Assembly (NCBI GenBank): GCA_022615805.1
Contig: JAKEGO010000152.1
Location: 1 to 34,277 of the forward strand
Length of the DNA stretch: 34,277 nucleotides
Direction of reading: 5' to 3'
Source of the DNA: Thermoplasmata archaeon
Lineage (GTDB): Archaea; Thermoplasmatota; JAKEGO01
Shown: piece by piece, positions 24,501 to 32,500 of the stretch
How positions within the stretch are numbered: the first letter of the stretch is position 1
Layout of the letters: each line of letters opens with the position of its first letter
Position numbers and translations under genes: made by a program
Notes under the pieces: generated by a model
The model's database searches: none
What the model was told of the DNA's origin: nothing
The model's input: only the letters and a program-made list of their open reading frames with translations

Positions 24501-26234
24501 GTCATCGTGGACGTGGACGGCGACGACGAGGGCGAGGTCCTCATCTCGGTCGCCGACGGCTACATCTACTGCATCGACAATGTCGACGAGGTCGAGCTCA
24601 TCCTCCGCGAGAAGGACGTCGAATCCGTCGTCAACCAGCCGGACGGCAACACCGTGACCATCGGCGTCGACGTACGCAACGAGGGCGGCATCCCCGCGAC
24701 GGGGGTCATCGTCCGTTTCACCGACAACGGCGCGACATTCCACGAGGAGACCATCAACATCTCCCGCGGAGGCGTCAGGCACCTCGACGTCAAGTGGATA
24801 TCGCACCCGGTCGGCAACCACACGATCAACATCTCCGTGGACCCCGAGGACCTCATCCCGGAGCTCGACGAGACGAACAACAACTTCACGCGCACCATCT
24901 ACGTGTGGCCGGTCCCCGACATGGCGATATCTAACAAGTCGAAGTGGGAGATAAACCCCGACGTCACTTTCGGTCTCGGGCCGTTCCTCGGCCACGAGAA
25001 CCGGCTGGACGTCACCGTACACAACCTCGGACCGGTCATCGCCGAGAACTTCTACGTGAACCTCACGGACAACAACTACACGGTGGACTCCCAGCTCATC
25101 ACCCTCGGAGCATACGAGAGCGGGACCTACTCGCTCTACTGGACCCCGGTCAGGGACCCGAAGAACCTCACCCACACCCTCGAGATATGGATCGACAAGG
25201 AGAACAGGATATTCGAGTCCGACGAGATGAACAACCACGTGATACTGAAGGCCGTCACCTTCGGCCCGCCGCCAGAGATCGAGCTCAGGAGGCAGGACAT
25301 CACGCTATCGGGGAACGTCGAGATGCCCGACGTGCCGAAACCCGGGATGCCGGAGGCCGACATAGGCGTCATCGAGGGCGACCGCCTCAGGGTGGACATG
25401 ACGCTGCGCAACACCGGCTTCCTCGTCGCGGCCTATGTCGGCATGCTCGTCTGGGTGGATGTCGACAGGAACATGAGGTTCAACGGCAAGTACGACGTCT
25501 ACATCAACCTCGACCCTCTCTACAACTCGAGGGACCGGTGGTCGAGATCGGTCGAGATCATCCCCTCGGGGAAGATCAACGTCACCCAGGAGCAGCCGGA
25601 GAGCATACGGATAGACACCGCCACGCTACGCGACCGCATCGTGAGGAAGTCCGGCACCGACGCGATCCTCGCCTACCCCCTGATCATCGAGATGGACCCG
25701 ACCGACATCATCCCGGAGCGCGACAACAACAACAAGGTGAAGATCGGCGACCTGCTCGTCATTCCCATCGAACCCGAGGTCTCCGTCAGGGCGCTCGAGG
25801 TGTTCCCCGACTTCATCGACACGACGATCATACGTGTAGACACCCGCCTGTGGGTGATCGTGAGGAACCTCGGAGCCGCCCCCGCAGAGGGCGTCATCGT
25901 CAACCTGACGGACAACGGCAACTTCGTGGGCAGCGTGACGCTCGACGTCCCCTGCGTGAGCCACACCAGGGCATACGTCGACGCCTACGCGGTCGCATAC
26001 TTCACCTTCAGCCTCAACAACGACGACCAGCACGTGATGCGCGTCGTGCTGGACTATCCCGGCACGGAAGCCCAGACCATCCAGGTGAACAACGACGCGG
26101 AGGTCGAGCTCCACGCCGTCGGGAAGTCGCTATCGATGAGCGGGTTGGACCTCGCGCCATTGCACATCCTCCTCGTCGCGCTCGGCGTGGCCCTGCTGAG
26201 GTCTCGCGCCCGGCGTCCAGAGGACGCTATTTGA
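18579..26234 (+). CDS. giant (2551 aa) secreted, C-terminally anchored surface protein: CarboxypepD_reg-like x3, FG-GAP/VCBS beta-propellers, discoidin (F5/8 type C)-like domain, PQQ-like propeller, CARDB-like Ig array
   Basis: Signal peptide: 'MRRTAWFLAWLMMTSTLAPLF'. CarboxypepD_reg-like: 'IEGFVLDREGAPLSGATVTF...TDERGFF...LPAGSYDV'. Calcium-binding FG-GAP loops: 'DFDNDGDYDLV', 'DDFNEDGDWDFIF', 'GDVNNDGHADLV', 'DFDNDGTVDII', 'DIDGDGDMDLLV'. Discoidin-like: 'NPQWVAIDLGG...VSAIDY'. CARDB-like: 'VRNEGGIPATGVIVRFTDNG...ELDETNNNFT', 'VHNLGPVIAENFYVNLTD...ESDEMNNH' and 'VRNLGAAPAEGVIVNLTDNG...VNNDAE'. The C-terminus has a TM helix plus an RSRARR tail. There are many N-x-S/T sequons. Confidence 0.85.
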   Translation: MRRTAWFLAWLMMTSTLAPLFTTNSTADGTEGAAPLRAGHIEGFVLDREGAPLSGATVTFDGGFLTNTDERGFFSSALPAGSYDVMATMTGHSPAVIRDVVDGETVTVHLVPRGWMEAGDEFMDGTHTNTQHLADGVRLAAAVDPVLPQDEWFFSTSNDYMSGSSWLERNDNKGRVWYVDINGDGTFGTKDELNADYEDFEIAVDGYTLNQRGLPMADFDNDGDYDLVIPYIWYDGSWHTTNNLRFVENLGKDGDGHRVFAAPVEIPGTAVNLANYMYDAAVDDFNEDGDWDFIFCGANDDLRFMEGNGDGTFSLHVITNNAPGSQVRGKGAGDVNNDGHADLVMIERTTGGVYVYYGDGAGNFPANPTFLFTAYSELYGTVTYRDPYGLAVADFDNDGTVDIITNDGSPALYSLWLGDGTGAFEFAGPKFDLSNHGAIDPFDIDGDGDMDLLVIESASGGTIWSVSNWDDGETWTTGSIIKSSSSTHPGTYGIATPPVLPVYETTGTYTSSVHDTGSAQSVITLVTFGSRTNANQGIGVDVRSSNDPGMAGASAWEPVTSHDNVISTPAGRYVQYRARFTSTMRSTPVLDSVTIHYQTNPAWVTGTVSNTGGYAVPGARVGFWSGGLEVAWDTSDASGDYRIGVSAGDYSLRAACDDYNPYKENVTVIANALKDIEISYRNFIEHTLPDDFMGGTFDNARIATTFAGELELATNIALGTTVFSNRSSSYEYDFPYMVDGTITRRFESTVNAGPDTGYMNPQWVAIDLGGMNDVSAIDYRMSYLTRFWQNGFVIAVRTGYDPVAGTFSGGEEIVSFPKWTWTSGSECPDDLLLVQGATFRASSGANVSGWLPATPSVNGRYVVISNVYGNDTNSATWHRYRVAEVSVYTPSMTGEYVSAPWNVTDPARQVSCVQWHSDVPAGTTLEVAIRAADTEALLAAEPWTVVEDREHGFAPAIRGQFVQYRVSMSSADGIAAPALFDIMVFSYERPAWILGNVTQTRVGTVIPLAAVHVTREDGQLLPFTVMTDLDGSYIAPVEYPAAGRLEHSLDVSKRGYQDGGANANVTPALIEVTADVELEPVDDWTQLWGNREHTSSTNLPANMYAQGVKWKAYIGGYAGWGVIYDVNLDTRNDLVMVYGDRVVAKTPDNVLLWVGETNDVDRIIGIYDLDKNGIPDIVAAKQNPARIAIINGVNGSLQYEQTWPTGSLHQYAPDNIVVDDFDGLVDGKYEMIVKLNDGRLRAWGFDTRGWKAIPRTMWEIPYAYAAKNSIAVGDVDLDGVKDVVVLYTYGVSVYDAEDGSFKYERTLAASPYMIGGSVIIRDINASDGRGNIIIPYSEPNNNWYQNNDYYTHDGVMVLECNASTIGLKTDYVVEHGGYGNQILWEWMEGCVADPDGDGVLEFVGSMRNISSAAARAGANHWYTVIIDLENGVKEGQYGSPTTGQWEIKTVANLDADPEEEIVLQSGQDWVCLDGNETGYHVKWTASGYTYAYWNRFYKAEQNPAECWFNSGQYYWLWYQVYGPNAHGDIDGDGIDELFLTKAGNITANHANGSALEEVWRFVPPTNNPMPNVYMRDIGNLTGDPRKEAVIVTDDGYLYVVNSTGSYRTVRTGGSRSNIWVADMNVDGIKEILVQLPHETWLTVLNASLADYHNEPVSTPLRHMHEDTHFFIDYDSDGRVELITKNWGTIYCYEWDGASWVQEWRLDRRDVYRSKVQRLYEWNQLRVGNFNGDEYLDIYVRFNNYSYSQPNEWSKYTTGCCVFDGKTRRTIWAKEGMSARYAVVYDYDNDGLDEMVIQDGTTYRVFDPLIGEYIYTMGNSPTYSYGGQMVGNADHDAMDELLVAYQYYSENVIGSAVDMTTGATLWYGGDTTRSTYSAESAHGAAADVDGDGIAEIIQTMTDGRAYCIDDNGLVLWEFDLGVDETVLSPPSAADLDSDGIPEVLFGSSDGYMYVLDGNNGSVDWTFHFGFGSGQPVIVDVDGDDEGEVLISVADGYIYCIDNVDEVELILREKDVESVVNQPDGNTVTIGVDVRNEGGIPATGVIVRFTDNGATFHEETINISRGGVRHLDVKWISHPVGNHTINISVDPEDLIPELDETNNNFTRTIYVWPVPDMAISNKSKWEINPDVTFGLGPFLGHENRLDVTVHNLGPVIAENFYVNLTDNNYTVDSQLITLGAYESGTYSLYWTPVRDPKNLTHTLEIWIDKENRIFESDEMNNHVILKAVTFGPPPEIELRRQDITLSGNVEMPDVPKPGMPEADIGVIEGDRLRVDMTLRNTGFLVAAYVGMLVWVDVDRNMRFNGKYDVYINLDPLYNSRDRWSRSVEIIPSGKINVTQEQPESIRIDTATLRDRIVRKSGTDAILAYPLIIEMDPTDIIPERDNNNKVKIGDLLVIPIEPEVSVRALEVFPDFIDTTIIRVDTRLWVIVRNLGAAPAEGVIVNLTDNGNFVGSVTLDVPCVSHTRAYVDAYAVAYFTFSLNNDDQHVMRVVLDYPGTEAQTIQVNNDAEVELHAVGKSLSMSGLDLAPLHILLVALGVALLRSRARRPEDAI
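19101..19973 (+). repeat. FG-GAP/VCBS-type repeat array (first beta-propeller) inside the giant gene
   Basis: At least six D-x-[DN]-x-D-G-x-x-D loops are spaced about 45-60 aa apart (aa ~175-465). Confidence 0.7.
24591..26114 (+). repeat. array of ~5 CARDB-like Ig-fold modules inside the giant gene
   Basis: The pattern 'V.(V/L)(R/H)N.G......V.(V/L).(T/V)D' followed by '(E/D).(D/N)(E/N).NN' recurs (aa ~2005-2512). Confidence 0.6.
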
Positions 26235-27414
26235 GGACCTCCCTCCCGCAGGTGAAATCCCTGCCGGGGGACAGCGCGTCGAAGGCCTCCCCGTCGATCG
26301 ACGGGGACCCCGTCGTTATGAGCGATGCCAGGTTCATGCCCACTCCGGGCCCGAGCATCAGCCCCTGCCCGCACATGCCGATCCCGAGGTACAGACCCTC
26401 AACGCATGGGTCCATCCCGATTACCGGGACGCCGTCGGCGGTCATCGGATAGAGACCCCGCCATATCCTCCTGACCGTGAGGTTCCTGAACCTCGGTATT
26501 AGGTCGACGAGGCGGCGCGCGACGGTCGGCATGAACTCCCCCGTGCTCCGCCGGTCCTCCCCCGGGAATATCCTCGCGGGCGTGTAGCAGAAGATGACCT
26601 GCCCCTCGGAGTTCTGGCCGAAATAGAAGTTCGAGGTCCTGCCGTCGGGCCCAGGCCTGAGGTCGACGACCAGCGGTCCCAGGAACGGTCGGACGGGGGC
26701 GCTGATCCCCGCCTCGTGGCTGTCGGGCAGCACCGGTATATCGAGCCCCGCCATGGAACATATCCCGGAGGCGTGTGCGCCTGCCGCATTGACGACTGCC
26801 GCCGCCCGGTGCTCGTGCGCCTTCCCGTCAGGCCCTCGCGTCCGCACCCCCACGACCGCGAGGGACCCGCGTTCGCCCTCCGTCACGAGGCCCGTGACGC
26901 TCTCCCTGAAGCGGAACTCGGCGCCGAGCCGGCGCGCCTCGTTGGTGAATGACTCCGCGGCGAGGAGCGGGCTGACCTGGCCGTCGTCGGGCGAGAATGT
27001 GCCTCCCAGGAGGCCGCGCGTCTCGATCCCGGGGACGAGGCGCCCTATCCGGTCCGCCTCGCACCAATCGATGTCGAGGCCGTGCGCTCTCTGGACCGGC
27101 AGTATGCCCCGGAGAGCCTTCTCCTCCCTCTCCCGGAAGGCGGGGAAGCAGTAGCCACCGGCCTTCCAGCCGATGTCCGTCCCGGTCCTCTCCTTCCACG
27201 TGGAGAAGACGCCGAGGCTCTGGGAGCACAGCAATATCTTCGCAGGGTCCGAGTGAGTCGCCCTCACGCCGCCAATCGCCGACTTGTTCTGCCCCTGTCC
27301 GGAGGACGCCAGCTCGTCGACGACGAGGACTTTCATGCCAGCCTCGGCTAGGAAGTACGCGGTGGGCAGGCCGACGGATCCCGCCCCGATGACGATGACG
27401 TCGTGCTCCGTCAC
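26227..27414 (-). CDS. DAO-family FAD-dependent oxidoreductase (SoxB / HcnC / OoxB / PdhB-like catalytic beta subunit)
   Basis: The N-terminal Rossmann fold is 'HDVIVIGAGSVGLPTAYFLAEAGMKVLVVD'. Its 395 aa length and overall DAO layout are typical. The GTG start overlaps the upstream stop (GTGA). It ends with TAG and converges on the giant gene with an 8-nt overlap. Confidence 0.8.
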   Translation of the reverse strand: MTEHDVIVIGAGSVGLPTAYFLAEAGMKVLVVDELASSGQGQNKSAIGGVRATHSDPAKILLCSQSLGVFSTWKERTGTDIGWKAGGYCFPAFREREEKALRGILPVQRAHGLDIDWCEADRIGRLVPGIETRGLLGGTFSPDDGQVSPLLAAESFTNEARRLGAEFRFRESVTGLVTEGERGSLAVVGVRTRGPDGKAHEHRAAAVVNAAGAHASGICSMAGLDIPVLPDSHEAGISAPVRPFLGPLVVDLRPGPDGRTSNFYFGQNSEGQVIFCYTPARIFPGEDRRSTGEFMPTVARRLVDLIPRFRNLTVRRIWRGLYPMTADGVPVIGMDPCVEGLYLGIGMCGQGLMLGPGVGMNLASLITTGSPSIDGEAFDALSPGRDFTCGREVLK

Positions 27415-29522
27415 CGTTCCTCACCTCCCAGGAAGGCGGAGAGCGGGACCTCCTGCGAGAACGGCCTCTCGACGTGGGGCTGGACCTCTCCGGGGGGCGC
27501 GCCCGCCTCCCGGAAGATGCGCATGACGAGCTCCTGGCACGTCTTGCCGCCGCAAGGGCCCATACCGGTCCTCAGAGCGGCCTTCAGCGAGTTGAAGTCC
27601 CGGACCCCGTTCGCGCGGATGTAATCCATGATCTCGCCCTTGGTGACGCGTTCGCATCTGCACACTATGGCATCGCCGTCGTCCGCGGCCCTCGTGGGCG
27701 TGGGCGAACGGCTGCCGAGCGGCTCGCGTATCCGGACGCCCGCCACCGACGTCGCCTCCGCCGATCGGACCTCGACGGATAGCAACCCCCTCCGGTCCTG
27801 CCACCGCGCCTCCTTGACCGCGATGACCAGGCCCCGCCCCACGACCTCGCCCTCCATCCCCGTCGTCGTGACCTCCTGCCCCGGGACGACGGTGCCTTCC
27901 GGGAGCTCCCACGGGAGGACGACGAGCGCCGTCCGTCCCGAGGGGTCGTAGCGTCGGTCGACGACCGTGATCGCGAGGCCCGGGCATACGGCCACGCAGT
28001 TGAGGCAACCGACGCACTCGCCGGAGAAGCCCGGCCTCCCGTTGAGGTTCCCCTCGGGGATGGATATCGACTGATTGACGCACGCCCAGGTGCACGGATT
28101 GCAGGGGATCTCCTGGGCGCACCGTATCACCGGGAACACGTCGAGGCCCTCAGGGAGATCCCTCGGTCCCAGGACCGGCCCGGGCTTCCCCCTCAGGACC
28201 GCCAGCATCTCGTGCCACTCGGGTGGGACGTCCACATCGCGCCCCAGGTCCCTGAGGACCTCCCTCCCTGCGATACGGCCGGAGAACATCGCGGCGGACG
28301 CCTCCGCGATGACGTCCGCGTCGCCCGCGGATAGGACTCTGAAGCCGTTCCTCCGGGCTTCGCGAGCGAGCTCGTCGATCGGGGAGAGCCCGACCGCGAT
28401 GAGCAGCGTGTCGGCTTCGAAGACCGCCTCCGTGCCCTCGATCGGGCGGAAACGCTCGTCCACCTGCGCGATGACTACCCGCTCGAGGCGCCCATCGCCC
28501 TCGGCCCTCAGGACGGTGTGCGACGTGTAGACCGGAATCCCCAGCCTGAGCAACTTGTCGAGGTGGACCTTGTAGCCGCCGCACCGGGGCAGCGCTTCGA
28601 CGATGCCCAGGACGTCGATGCCCGCCTGGAGCGCGTGGTAGGCGGCGATGAGGCCGACGTTCCCCCCACCGACGATGAAGATGCGGTCCGCCGCGCGGAC
28701 CATGTCCCTGTTCACGAGGGTCTGGAACGCGCCGGCGCCGTAGACCCCTGGGAGATCGCACCCCGGGAAGGTGAGGGCCTTCTCCCGCGCCCCCGCGGCC
28801 ACGAGGATGCGCTCCGTCCTCACATTGACGTACCGGCCCTCCCGCACGACGCCGACGACGCCGTCCGAGAAGACCCCCACGACCGGGGACCGGAGCCACA
28901 CATCGACGGTCCCGAGCTGCGAGACGGCCAGGGCGAGGTCGTCGCCGATGTCCATCCCCCGCTCCCCGGCCGAGCAATCCCTGGTCGAACCGAAGAAGTT
29001 GTGGGTCTGGAGGCTCAGCTTGCCCCCGAGCTCCGCTTTATCGTCCGCGAGGATGCAGCGCACGCCCATGGACCCCAGCTCGATCGCGGCGCTCAGTCCG
29101 GCTGGCCCTCCGCCGACGATGAGCACGTCGGCGGCGTGCTCCTCGATTTGGGCGGACATGACGCCAACGGGCTCGTCCACCTCGGGGAGGGCGGGGAGGC
29201 CGCCGAGCGTCCGGACGTCGATGCCGGCGGCGACGGGCGTGACGCACGACTTCACTGGTACGCCGTCGACGAGGACGAGGCACTGTGCGCACTGGCCGTT
29301 GGCGCAGAAGATCCCCAGGGGAGCGCCGTCGCGGTGGTGCCTGCCCAGGACATGGACGCCGTTGGCAAAAAGCGCGGTGGAGATCATCTCCCCCTCGCGC
29401 GCGGTCATCGCACGGCCTTCGAACGTGAACTCGACGGTCCCCCTGCCGTCGACGCCCCCGAGGATCGGATGCTCGCGAACGCGGAACTTGCCGTCGGACG
29501 GCGCCTTGCCCCGTTCGATCAT
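27411..29522 (-). CDS. fused [2Fe-2S] (SoxA/HcnA-type) - FAD/NAD(P) pyridine-nucleotide-disulfide oxidoreductase - 2x[4Fe-4S] ferredoxin - BFD-like [2Fe-2S] protein (HcnA+HcnB / PdhA+PdhF+PdhX-like)
   Basis: 703 aa starting at 'MIERGK' (ATGA overlap with the upstream stop). Motifs: 'CANGQCAQCLVLVDGVPVKSC'; 'VLIVGGGPAGL' and 'IFIVGGGNVG'; 'CNPCTWAC' and 'CVGCLNCVAVCP'; 'CRCERVTKGEI...GMGPCGGKTC'. The track's 1260-aa ORF (to 31193) is an out-of-frame extension over the upstream gene. Confidence 0.8.
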   Translation of the reverse strand: MIERGKAPSDGKFRVREHPILGGVDGRGTVEFTFEGRAMTAREGEMISTALFANGVHVLGRHHRDGAPLGIFCANGQCAQCLVLVDGVPVKSCVTPVAAGIDVRTLGGLPALPEVDEPVGVMSAQIEEHAADVLIVGGGPAGLSAAIELGSMGVRCILADDKAELGGKLSLQTHNFFGSTRDCSAGERGMDIGDDLALAVSQLGTVDVWLRSPVVGVFSDGVVGVVREGRYVNVRTERILVAAGAREKALTFPGCDLPGVYGAGAFQTLVNRDMVRAADRIFIVGGGNVGLIAAYHALQAGIDVLGIVEALPRCGGYKVHLDKLLRLGIPVYTSHTVLRAEGDGRLERVVIAQVDERFRPIEGTEAVFEADTLLIAVGLSPIDELAREARRNGFRVLSAGDADVIAEASAAMFSGRIAGREVLRDLGRDVDVPPEWHEMLAVLRGKPGPVLGPRDLPEGLDVFPVIRCAQEIPCNPCTWACVNQSISIPEGNLNGRPGFSGECVGCLNCVAVCPGLAITVVDRRYDPSGRTALVVLPWELPEGTVVPGQEVTTTGMEGEVVGRGLVIAVKEARWQDRRGLLSVEVRSAEATSVAGVRIREPLGSRSPTPTRAADDGDAIVCRCERVTKGEIMDYIRANGVRDFNSLKAALRTGMGPCGGKTCQELVMRIFREAGAPPGEVQPHVERPFSQEVPLSAFLGGEER

Positions 29523-32500
29523 CGCTCCCCCTCCATCGAAAGCAGGACAAGCCGATACGGGTCCGTGACCTCCATCGCGTCCGTCCTCCACGCGCCCTCC
29601 CTCCTCGTCATCAGCATGTGCGAAAGGCAGTTCGGCGACGTGCACGCCACTAGCGATGCGCCCGCGGCCGCCGCCTCGGCGACCAGGGCGTCGGACGCGC
29701 GTCGCGCTTCGGCGTCGGAGGCCGCGAGCCCGGTGCTGCCGCAGCTCCCCTTCAACGTGACGACCCTCGCGCCCGCCATCTCGAGAAGGCGCCGGAAGGG
29801 CGTCAGGAACGGATCGTCCTCCATCGAGCATGCGCCGTGGAGTCCCACGGTGAGGCCCAAGGGCGCCATGTCCCCCCCCTCGATCGCCGACATCAGGGCC
29901 TCCGGCAATGCCGTCACCTCGATGCCACGCGCACTTTTCATCGAGGCGAACGCCTCTGGCGTCGAGATCACGAGGCGCGACGGGGATGCCGTGGACAGTG
30001 CCTTGCGGTTGAGCCGGGCGATCCGTTCGACGGCCTTCCGGCGCGATGGGTCCCCGTCGGCCGCGAGCCCTCTCGACGGGCACGCCAGTCCTGGCACGCC
30101 CCCCTCCGCGACGCCGGTGCCCAGCGCAAGCCTCCGGGCCGCGTCCCTCATCGGCACGAGGTCGAAGAGGTCGTGGAGGGCGCCGACGGCGGCGAGCATC
30201 GGGATGCACCCCTCGAAGAGCGCCGGGCGACCCTCCCCGGCGGGCTCGAGACCGCCGAACGGGTCGTCCATCGGCCCATCCGGGCGTGATGCCATCAGCC
30301 GGATGGCTGCGAGCGCGTCCCCGAGAGGGCCGATGCCGCCGGGCGTGGCGGGGAGGTCCAGCGGCTCGAGGCCGATGGCGTCGAGCCGTCTCGCGAAGTC
30401 TCCAAAGGCGACGCCCGGGTCCGTCCCTGCAGGCACTGCGGCGTAGCCTATCCGCTCCGGGGAGACCCCCGAAAGCGAGACGAGCGCCCTGGCCCCGGCC
30501 ACCGCCTCGGCCGGCCCCTTCCCTCGCTCGATGTAATGAGAGCCGCAAGACGCGTCCGGCCCTACGACGAGGACGCCGCGGCCAGCGGCGGCGAGCGCTC
30601 GGACGAGGAACGCCGGCGTGGGCCGTCTTTCGTGCATGACCTCCACGATCCCATCGCGGCCGCCGAAGGTGGGAGCGGGCAGGGTCCAGAGCGCGGCGAA
30701 GGCGATGTCGCCATCCGCCGTCCGGACCTCGCGCACCCTCCCGAGCACCGCGCCATCGGACATCGGCCCCTGGGATATCGCACCAGTGGGGCAGATGGAA
30801 ACGCAGGCGCTGCAGGACGAGCACGCGTCGTGGGCCACTTCCGCCACTGGCGTCTCCCCCTTCCGTACGACCGTGGAGATGGCCCGGTACGCACAGGCTT
30901 CCTCGCAACGGCCGCAACCGATGCAGAGCGTGGCGTCGACGGCCGCCGTGAGGGTGCGCAGGCCGACGGTCCGTTCGCCGCCATCGGTCACGACATCGAT
31001 CGACCCGAGGCCGCCGAAGGCGACCTCGCGTGCCAGTTCCGGCGGCACCTTGAGAAGGAAGGAGGCGCCACGGACGGTGGCAACGAGCTGCTTCGAGCCG
31101 CACGTCGGGACGCAGACGTCGCACAGGGCGCACGGGCCGCAGGTCAGGCACCGCGACGCCTCGCCGACCGCAACGGTCTCGTCCATCGTGCACGTGGCGT
31201 CATCGAAGCACGATGCGTCGGAGGGGCCGTGGCGCGTCTGGCCGCCCTCCCGCGGCCTCCCGCGCAGGGACCCCGGCCTGAGCACCACCGGCACGGGGAC
31301 GGCACGGGGGTCGGGAGGGACGAAGGCCCTGCCCGCCAGGTACGCGTCGATCCCCGCCGCGGCCACGTGGCCGCGCCCGATGGCCTCGACGACCGTCGCC
31401 GGCCCGAGCTCCACGTCCCCGGCAGCGAAGACTCCGGTGACAGAGGTCGCACAGTCATCCCCGACCGCAACGAGGCCGCCGCCCGTGGTGAATCCAGGGC
31501 CGCAGGCCGTTCCGACATCGGGCATGGCTCCGATCGCGGTCAGGACGTGGTCGGCCGCGATCTTGAACTCGCTCCCCTTCACGGGTTCGGGGCGGCGGCG
31601 GCCCGAGCCGTCAGGCTCGCCGAGCCTCGCACTGATGAACTCGACCTCCGTGACCCGCCCTCCCTTCACGACCACCCTCTTCGGGATGGCGAGCGTCCTC
31701 ACGGCGACCCCCTCTGCTTCGGCCTCGGCCACCTCCTGGGGGTCGGCCGGCATCTCCTCCCTCCCGCGGCGGTAGGCCAGGGTGACCTCCGCGCGGAGCC
31801 TCGCCGCCGTCCTCGCGGCGTCGACGGCCGTCGAGCCCCCGCCGATGACCACCGTGCGCCCCCTCAGGTCCGGGCGCTCGCCACGGTTGACTGCCCTCAG
31901 GAGGGCGAGGGCGTCCATGACCCCCTCCGCGTCCTCCCCCGGGATGCCAAGGGGCATCGCCAGGGGGGCGCCTCCAGCGACCAGGACCGCGGAGTATCCC
32001 TCGGTAAGAAGGGCGACGGGGTCGTCAACCCGCGTTCGCGTGCGGACCTCGACGCCGAGGCCCCTGATCCAGTCGATCTCGCGGGCCAGGACCCTCTTGG
32101 GCAGGCGGTAGGGCGGTATCCCGTAGCGGAGCATGCCGCCGGGCTCGTCCCCGGCCTCCATGACCACCACCCTGTACCCAAGGTGGACGAGGTCGACGGC
32201 GGCAGTAAGGCCGGCCGGTCCGGCGCCGACGATGGCGACCCTCTCCTCGTGGAGGACGGGGCAGGGCTCGGCGACCGCAGGCCTCCGGGCCAGCTCGAAG
32301 TCGGCGGCGAAACGCTTCAGGTCGCGTATCGCGACCGGATCGCCGGTTTCGGACTGCTCGCATCCCGCCTCGCACGGGCGCGTGCAGACGCGGCCGCAGA
32401 CGAGGGGGAACGGATTGGCCTCTCGGATGACATCGACGGCCTCCTCGAACCTCCGGTTCGCTATCAGGCCGATGTAGGCCTTGACGTTGACGCCGGCCGG

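Noticed and set aside
19308-25238. Multiple 200-480 aa ORFs in other frames or on the other strand inside the giant gene (e.g. 19308..20366 -, 21551..23002 +, 24168..25238 -)
   Set aside because: They are embedded in one continuous 2551-codon frame with coherent repeat and domain structure. The alternative frames give Arg/Gly/Asp/His-rich low-complexity sequence.
27411-31193. Track ORF of 1260 aa treated as one gene
   Set aside because: Only the C-terminal 703 aa (from MIERGK, start 29522) show domain signatures. The N-terminal 557 aa are Arg/Gly/Pro-rich and overlap the well-supported 1061-aa gene out of frame.
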